Shown in pieces: positions 58,186-64,000 of a DNA stretch of 64,000 nt. Position 1 is the stretch's first letter; each line of letters opens with the position of its first letter. The position numbers and the translations under genes are program-made. The DNA is from Pirellulales bacterium (lineage in GTDB: Bacteria > Planctomycetota > Planctomycetia > Pirellulales > UBA1268), in the NCBI GenBank assembly GCA_017853835.1, contig JAFMIU010000004.1, positions 15,143-79,142 on the forward strand. The letters are read 5' to 3'. The notes below the pieces were generated by a model. It worked only from the letters and a program-made list of their open reading frames with translations, had not been told where the DNA came from and ran no database searches.

Positions 58186-59013
58186 ATGCTCGACCAGTAC
58201 GACAAAATTACCGAAGCCGCCGCCGCCATTTCCGCCGAGTGGAAGCTCGCGCCGAAGGTCGGCATCATCCTGGGAAGCGGCCTCGGCGGGGTGGCTGAAG
58301 CGATCACCGATCGGGTGACCATCCCCTACGACAAGATTCCCCACTTCGCCCGATCCACGGCCCATGGCCATGCGGGGCAGCTCGTGTGCGGGCTGATCGA
58401 AGGCGTGCCCGTGATGGTGTTGGAAGGCCGTCAACACGCCTACGAGGGCTATCCCCTGCAGCAGGTGACCTTTCCGGTGCGGGTGCTCCAGCGGCTCGGG
58501 GGCACGACGCTGGTCGTCACCAACGCGTGCGGTGGACTCAATCCCCAGTACCGCGCCGGCGATCTGATGGTGATCGAGGATCACATCAACCTGCTGGGCG
58601 ACAACCCCCTGATCGGGATCAACGACGAGCGGCTCGGCCCCCGGTTCCCCGACATGTCGGCCCCGTACGATGCCGCCATGATCGACGCGGCGATGGCGGT
58701 GGCCCGCCGTGAAAACTTCGCAGCCCACAAGGGCGTCTATGTCGCCGTGACCGGACCCAATCTCGAAACCCGGGCTGAATATCGCTTCCTGCGGACCATC
58801 GGCGCAGACGTCGTGGGCATGTCGACCGTGCCGGAAGTGCTCGTGGCCGTTCACGGCGGGATCACCGTGCTCGGGATCTCCGTGGTCACCGACATGTGCC
58901 TGCCCGATGCCCTCGAGGTGGCCACGGTGGAGCACATCCTGGCCACCGCCCGCGGCGCCGAGCCGAAACTGCGGGCCATCATCCTCGACGCCGTCCGCAA
59001 CGCGGGGCGATAA
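58186..59013 (+). CDS. purine nucleoside phosphorylase (PNP/MTAP family 2)
   Basis: GIILGSGLG, STAHGHAGQLV, EGRQHAYEG, VTNACGGLN, GMSTVPEV motifs. GGAGGAG RBS. Confidence 0.9.
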   Translation: MLDQYDKITEAAAAISAEWKLAPKVGIILGSGLGGVAEAITDRVTIPYDKIPHFARSTAHGHAGQLVCGLIEGVPVMVLEGRQHAYEGYPLQQVTFPVRVLQRLGGTTLVVTNACGGLNPQYRAGDLMVIEDHINLLGDNPLIGINDERLGPRFPDMSAPYDAAMIDAAMAVARRENFAAHKGVYVAVTGPNLETRAEYRFLRTIGADVVGMSTVPEVLVAVHGGITVLGISVVTDMCLPDALEVATVEHILATARGAEPKLRAIILDAVRNAGR

Positions 59014-59210
59014 CCCGTCGTGTTCCGCGTCGGCGGAGCGACGACGTGACGACTCCGATGGGTGGGCGCGACGCATGGCGAGCGCTCAGGGGGCCATGGG
59101 CGGGCCCTCAGGCGGTGCCCTTTTTGGGATAGTTCACGCAGGATTTTGCGGTCGGGTTTCCTGACGCCGCGTGATATCCTGCAATTTGTCGGTGCAGGGG
59201 AACCCTCCAG

Positions 59211-60335
59211 ATGAACCATCCGAGCCAGAGAGTCATGCGCTTTCCACCCATCGTTTCTTCACGCCGGTCGGCTGCCCGCGGCTTCACGCTCGTTGAACTC
59301 CTCGTGGTGATCGCGATCATCGCCACGCTCATCGGCCTCCTGCTTCCGGCCGTGCAGTCCGCCCGCGAGGCGGCGAGGCGGTCGAGCTGTCAAAACAATC
59401 TCAAGCAGATCGGCCTCGCCTGCCTCACCTATGAGAGCAGCAAGCGGGCGTTTCCCTACGGCAACGCCCTGATCATCGCGTCGGCCACACCGGTGCCGAA
59501 GGGGACGAACGCGACGGGTTTTGGAAGCGGCTGGACGCTCGAGATCATGCCGTTCGCCGAAAACGCCCAGCTGCAGGCCCTCTACAAGCCGAATCTCAAC
59601 ATCGAAGCGAACGACCCCGCCATGAAGCAACTGCGTGAAACGCCCGTCGCCAGTTACTCATGCCCATCGGACTTCCCGATGGAGCTGTACCTCCCGGCGA
59701 GCACGGCGACCAACAAGTATTGGCCTGGCTCCTACCGCTCCAACGCCGGACGTGGCAACGGGTTTGTCACGTGGTATCTCTGGGAAGACCTGCCGCCCCC
59801 TTACCAGACAGGCTCACGAGGCATCTCGCCTCCATCCAACTCAGGCAGCGGCGGCGCGGTACATGCCGGCTGGCGAGGTCCCATGCATGCGGTGCGTCAG
59901 GATCCGACGACGCGTCGCATCGACTCACAGTTTGCCCTGCGCCCCGAACGCACCAAGGACGTCACCGACGGGCTATCGAAGACACTCCTCGTGGCCGAAT
60001 CGACGAATCGAAACACCGCCCCGAACGGCAACAACACGGAATATGGCCGCCGGTCGTTCTGGGCGTTCTCATGGGGCAACTACGCCTCCTCGCAGACGGT
60101 TCCCCAGGACCGCACGCTCTGGGGCGACTACGGCAAGTGCACGGCCATCGGGGATGGCACGGGTGAGCCAAACACCGGAGGCAGTTACCGCGCCTGCATG
60201 TCGGGCTGGTACAGCCTCCATCCCAACGGCATGAACGGTGTCGCCTGTGATGGCACCGTGCAGTTTTACGACTTCACGATGGACAAGCAGACGTGGGCCG
60301 TGCTGGGCAGCATCGCCGACGGTGGCACCTACTGA
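59211..60335 (+). CDS. prepilin-type N-terminal domain protein, DUF1559 / H-X9-DG family (second copy)
   Basis: [48 protein letters not shown]-terminal [12 protein letters not shown] fits H-X9-DG. Confidence 0.85.
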   Translation: MNHPSQRVMRFPPIVSSRRSAARGFTLVELLVVIAIIATLIGLLLPAVQSAREAARRSSCQNNLKQIGLACLTYESSKRAFPYGNALIIASATPVPKGTNATGFGSGWTLEIMPFAENAQLQALYKPNLNIEANDPAMKQLRETPVASYSCPSDFPMELYLPASTATNKYWPGSYRSNAGRGNGFVTWYLWEDLPPPYQTGSRGISPPSNSGSGGAVHAGWRGPMHAVRQDPTTRRIDSQFALRPERTKDVTDGLSKTLLVAESTNRNTAPNGNNTEYGRRSFWAFSWGNYASSQTVPQDRTLWGDYGKCTAIGDGTGEPNTGGSYRACMSGWYSLHPNGMNGVACDGTVQFYDFTMDKQTWAVLGSIADGGTY

Positions 60336-60363
60336 GCTTCCCCTGGTTCCCGAGGTCTTTGTC

Positions 60364-60804
60364 GTGCTGCGTTTCCAATGGATCCGTGGGTGCCGACGCC
60401 GCGCCCTCGGGGTGACCACGTGCCTCGTCCTCGGGGCCGTGATCGCCGGGTGCGGCGGCGGTCTGGTGACGGTGTCGGGGGTCGTGACGCTCGACGGCAA
60501 GCCGCTCCCGATGGCTCGGCTGACGCTCGTGGATCCTGCGAACCCATCGCCCGATGCCTACGCCGTCGCCACGACCGATGCGGAGGGGCGGTTCTCGTTC
60601 GGACCAATCGGCAAACCCGGTGGCGGCGTGAAGGCCGGTCCGCATCGGCTCTCGATGACCACCGCCTTTTTGGAGAGTGGTCCCGACGACGCCGTGGTTC
60701 CCCAAGAACGCGTGCCGCCCCCCTACTCCACGGGCGTCGATTACGACGTGCCTTCGGGGGGCACCTCATCGGCGGCGTTCGAACTCACCGCGACCAAGCC
60801 GTAG
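60364..60804 (+). CDS. small lipoprotein with carboxypeptidase-regulatory-like fold (second copy)
   Basis: GTG start in frame of ORF 60238..60804. Lipobox-like VIAGCGGG, then VSGVVTLDGKPLPMARLTLVDP...DAEGRFSF... It ends ...TATKP, like the 18816 gene (...VTTKP). Confidence 0.6.
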   Translation: MLRFQWIRGCRRRALGVTTCLVLGAVIAGCGGGLVTVSGVVTLDGKPLPMARLTLVDPANPSPDAYAVATTDAEGRFSFGPIGKPGGGVKAGPHRLSMTTAFLESGPDDAVVPQERVPPPYSTGVDYDVPSGGTSSAAFELTATKP

Positions 60805-61021
60805 GGCCACGCAGGCGTGTGAGATCGGTGCCGCACGCACGACGGCGCGGGCCGTACGGGTGCACCTGGCGCGAAGATGAACCCGAATGTCGCGTTCAGG
60901 GTGCTCGTGCGATCCGGGTTTGAGCAGAGAAACCTGGAAGCATGGGCAAGCCGGCTCGTGCAGAGGAGGATTCCCGGGATCTGGCATGGCCCGAAGCGAG
61001 TCGGCCCGCTAGCGTCCCCAC

Positions 61022-61825
61022 ATGATCCCTCCGCAGCACCCCGTCGCAGCCCTGATCGCGGTTGTGCGCCGCCCCCATGTCGACCGGTATGCGGTGCTCC
61101 TGCTGCACCTTCTGCTGCTGCCGGTGCTCTCGGTCGTCACGGAAGGGCATCCGCAGGCCGAACTCATGGCCATCGTGGCGGAGCAGATCGTCTTCATCGG
61201 CGCCATGGCAGCCCTTGGTGGCCGTCGGATGCTCGTGTGGGGGCTTCCGCTGCTCCTGCCGGGACTGATCACCCTGGGGGCGACGCTCCTCGTGGGCGGC
61301 ATCCCCGCCGAACGCGACGGGATCTGGGCGGTGGCCCGTGCGGTGAGCTTTATCGTCCCGATCGTGTCGGTTGGCATGCTGATTCTGGTCGACGTTCTCG
61401 CAGCGCGGCAGATCGTGTTTGACATGATCTGCGGAGCCTTGTGCGTGTTTGTGCTCTTTGGGATGTGCTGGGCGAATGTCTTCACGCTCTTGGAGCGCGT
61501 GTCGCCCGGGTCGTTTGCCGTCGACTTCTCCCGCTACCATGTCGATGCCACCCACGACCCACTCGCCGCCGCAGGCATCTTCACCTACTACTCGTTCGTC
61601 ACGCTGACGACCGTGGGCTACGGCGACATCGTGCCCGCATCGGCCCTCGCCCGTTGGCTCGTCTGGCTGGAGGCGATTTTCGGGCAGTTTTACATGGCCG
61701 TGTTCGTGTCTCGGCTCATTGGGCTGCAAGTGAGCCCTGGCGTCGAAACCGTGGCGCGCGAAAAAAACCGTCCCGAGCCAGCCGAGGAGGCCAGCCCGGG
61801 ACGGTCCCTTCGTCGTGCTGCCTAA
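61022..61825 (+). CDS. potassium channel family protein
   Basis: Selectivity filter TLTTVGYGD within a pore-helix context, preceded by several TM helices. Confidence 0.85.
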   Translation: MIPPQHPVAALIAVVRRPHVDRYAVLLLHLLLLPVLSVVTEGHPQAELMAIVAEQIVFIGAMAALGGRRMLVWGLPLLLPGLITLGATLLVGGIPAERDGIWAVARAVSFIVPIVSVGMLILVDVLAARQIVFDMICGALCVFVLFGMCWANVFTLLERVSPGSFAVDFSRYHVDATHDPLAAAGIFTYYSFVTLTTVGYGDIVPASALARWLVWLEAIFGQFYMAVFVSRLIGLQVSPGVETVAREKNRPEPAEEASPGRSLRRAA

Positions 61826-61832
61826 AGCAGGC

Positions 61833-63680
61833 TCAGGCGAGGCGTCGGCGAGCGAGTGCAACCGAACCCGCCATGGCCATGACGCCAGCCAGGGTCATCA
61901 CGGGCTCGGGCACGACAGCCACACCGCCAGCCGTCCCAGCCGGCGGGTTGTAGGGGCCAATGTCGAAGAGCCCCGTGCCGAGGTAGAGGGCCACGTCGGT
62001 GATGTCCACCAGGCCGTCGTACGTGTAGTCGCCCTCCGACCAGCTCGACGGCTCGCCGGTGTCGTATTTTCCGGCGGCGAGGTAGGTGCCGATATCGAGT
62101 AGGTCGATCGACCAGTCGAGGTTCGTGTCGCCTGGCGCCGCATACGCAAAGGTGACGGTGCCGTCGCCGTTGTCGAGCCAGCCAACAGCACGAGAGACGC
62201 CAAGGCCGGCATCAGCGGCAGCCGCACTCGACGTGATGCCGGTGGTGCCGTTCCACGAGCCATCGCCCATGCCAGCCACGATCGCCGTGACCATGTTGGC
62301 AGCCGTGAGGCCGCTCGAGACGGTCACGAGGCCGTTGCCGACATCCGTGAGGCCGCCCGCATTCGGATCGAGTCCGCCGACCACCGTCGTGAGATACGGG
62401 GCGAGAGACACAGTGCCTCCTGCGACCGGAACGATCGTGCTGAACTCTGACGCCTGAAAACTGGCAAGCTGGAGCGTGCCCCCTTGAACCGACGTGCTTC
62501 CCGAGAGGGTGTTCGCCTGATCCAGCACGAGTGTGCCGGCACCGGTTTTGTGCACGGGAACGGTTCCTGACAGGAGCGCATAGCCAGCTTCAGTCTGCGT
62601 CTGCGTGCCGCTCGCCACGTTGATCGTGATGACGGACGGCGGGGGAGGAGCACCCGTGGTGGCCTGAATCGTGATCGAGTTGATATCCATCGTGATGGCC
62701 CCGCTATTCGACCCGCTGTAGCGAACGCCGAAGGCGAGACCCGAAAACTGCGACGTGACGAGGCTTGTGCCCGTGGCCAAGCGGGTGAGCGATGCGATGG
62801 CCGTGCCCCCCGTGCCGACGCCGTCATAGAGCGACGACTGCAGGCTGATCGTCGAGGAATCGACGAGCGTCAGCGTGTAATCGAGCGTGTATGTTCCCCC
62901 AACGGTCAGAAGGGTCTGGGTTGGAAGAGTACCGCTGCTGTTCGTGAGCTGAGCGCCCGTTGGATTGGTATAGGCACCGCCGCCGAAGTTGTTGCCGATC
63001 AGGTCTTGATTCGCCGAAGAGGTATTGGTTCCCGTCTGCTGCGGGCGAACGTAACTCGTGTTGCTCCCCCCGGGAATGGAAAACTTCTGAACATAGCCCT
63101 GCCAGAGCTGCGTGCCGCCGGTGGCGTTTGGGCTACCTGCCGTGGCACTCAGCCCCGAACTGGCGAGGTTCGTCAGCGGGGCCGAGGTGCCCGAATCGTA
63201 GAGGCCTGCAAAAAGCCCTGCGCTCGTGCCCGCTGAACCGCTGAGGATGTTACTGACGTTCACAAACGTCACCTGCATGTTGATGGCGTCGCCAACGCTC
63301 TGAAGGGTGATGGGAGTCGAAGAAAACACCGCCTGTGTCTCTGCAAATCCCGACGTCGTCGCGGGGAATGTGACCCGAAGGGCGTTCGACGAGATGGCAC
63401 TTGCCGAGGCATTTTTCGACGATGCAATGTCGTAGCTCGTGAAACTGGCAGTCGGCGAACCGCCAGGGATGCTCGTACCGCCGACGGTGCTTCCGTTTTG
63501 GAAGTTGTCCGTGAACACCGGCGAGAATGTCTGCGCGTAGGTCGGAACACCCACGACGAGCGGGAGCGCGGCGAGCACACTCCGGCAGATCGAAGCAATG
63601 ATCGAACGGGAGATGGATTGGTGACCTCCAGAGGATGGGTGTGCGACGTCGGGTGCGCGAGGCCATCGGTTCAACACCAA
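61833..63680 (-). CDS. S/T/G-rich surface protein with shared PATR/dockerin-like/PEP-CTERM cassette
   Basis: Signal peptide (..VLAALPLVVGVPTYAQ), a ~330-aa unassigned N-terminal domain, then VITINVASGTQTQTEAGY..., GDTNLDWSIDLLD, GDYTYDGLVDITD and VPEPVMTLAGVMAMAGSVALARRRLA. Confidence 0.85.
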   Translation of the reverse strand: MVLNRWPRAPDVAHPSSGGHQSISRSIIASICRSVLAALPLVVGVPTYAQTFSPVFTDNFQNGSTVGGTSIPGGSPTASFTSYDIASSKNASASAISSNALRVTFPATTSGFAETQAVFSSTPITLQSVGDAINMQVTFVNVSNILSGSAGTSAGLFAGLYDSGTSAPLTNLASSGLSATAGSPNATGGTQLWQGYVQKFSIPGGSNTSYVRPQQTGTNTSSANQDLIGNNFGGGAYTNPTGAQLTNSSGTLPTQTLLTVGGTYTLDYTLTLVDSSTISLQSSLYDGVGTGGTAIASLTRLATGTSLVTSQFSGLAFGVRYSGSNSGAITMDINSITIQATTGAPPPPSVITINVASGTQTQTEAGYALLSGTVPVHKTGAGTLVLDQANTLSGSTSVQGGTLQLASFQASEFSTIVPVAGGTVSLAPYLTTVVGGLDPNAGGLTDVGNGLVTVSSGLTAANMVTAIVAGMGDGSWNGTTGITSSAAAADAGLGVSRAVGWLDNGDGTVTFAYAAPGDTNLDWSIDLLDIGTYLAAGKYDTGEPSSWSEGDYTYDGLVDITDVALYLGTGLFDIGPYNPPAGTAGGVAVVPEPVMTLAGVMAMAGSVALARRRLA

Positions 63681-63835
63681 CCCCCACGAACGACGTCAGC
63701 CTACCTTCCCGATGCCGCATGGCATATCCTGTTTTCTGCATCCGCTAGTCAACGCGTTCCATCGCCGCGCCCTCCCCCCAAAAACCCGTCACGCCCGTTA
63801 GGATGGGTCGGAACCGCCCACCCAGGATTCATCGC

Positions 63836-64000
63836 ATGCCCTCCACCCGCCCCACGCTTGGCGTCATCATCGGCAACCGCGACTTCTTCCCCGACCAGCT
63901 CGTGGCCGAGGCTCGGGCCGAGGTGCTGAAGGTGTTCGAGGCCCGCGGCATCACCCCCGTGCTCGTATCGCCTGACGAAACCAAGCTCGGCGGCGTTGAA
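63836..64000 (+). CDS. L-fucose/L-arabinose-isomerase-like protein, N-terminal part only (runs off the right edge)
   Basis: MPSTRPTLGVIIGNRDFFPDQLVAEARAEVLKVFEARGITPV resembles the N-terminus of COG2407-type isomerases. This frame is not in the ORF track because it is truncated. Confidence 0.45.
   Translation, partial: MPSTRPTLGVIIGNRDFFPDQLVAEARAEVLKVFEARGITPVLVSPDETKLGGVE

Overview
This is a GC-rich bacterial chromosomal segment. Hand counts on ordinary 60-nt lines give about 65-77 % G+C. The gene content looks Planctomycetota-like (inference): two prepilin-type H-X9-DG/DUF1559 proteins, six PEP-CTERM proteins with autotransporter-associated beta-strand (PATR-like) repeats, and an ECF sigma/FecR pair. 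I support about 50 protein genes and one tRNA-Ser(UGA); there is no rRNA, CRISPR array, transposase or integrase. One housekeeping run covers clpB, dnaK and pheA. A second covers tpiA-secG-yicC-gmk-rpoZ-coaC-coaB-argC-argJ, with a purine nucleoside phosphorylase further on. Accessory, surface-related loci sit between and around them. Most long ORFs in the six-frame track are Arg/Pro/Gly-rich antisense shadows of real genes, which is expected at this GC content, and I did not call them. Best leads, in order: (1) four proteins with unrelated N-terminal payloads (giant beta-helix, unknown domain, M14 carboxypeptidase, S/T-rich domain) share one ~270-aa C-terminal cassette of PATR repeats, a dockerin/EF-hand-like Ca-loop pair and PEP-CTERM; between the two copies I hand-aligned, the differences are silent third-position changes. 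(2) An ECF-sigma / FecR / H-X9-DG pseudopilin-like / small lipoprotein operon, whose last two genes recur as a pair 40 kb away. (3) An old-yellow-enzyme gene is split precisely by a 1,977-bp insertion with no transposase, 9-bp direct repeats and a low-GC PEP-CTERM cargo gene. (4) A PPK2 kinase lies 6 nt upstream of an unassignable 1,053-aa membrane protein. (5) Two adjacent frameshifts at G-runs in secreted-protein genes, a perfect sigma-54-type promoter match upstream of dnaK, and two tandem-repeat arrays downstream of argJ. All homology calls come from motif recognition by eye; no database search was run.
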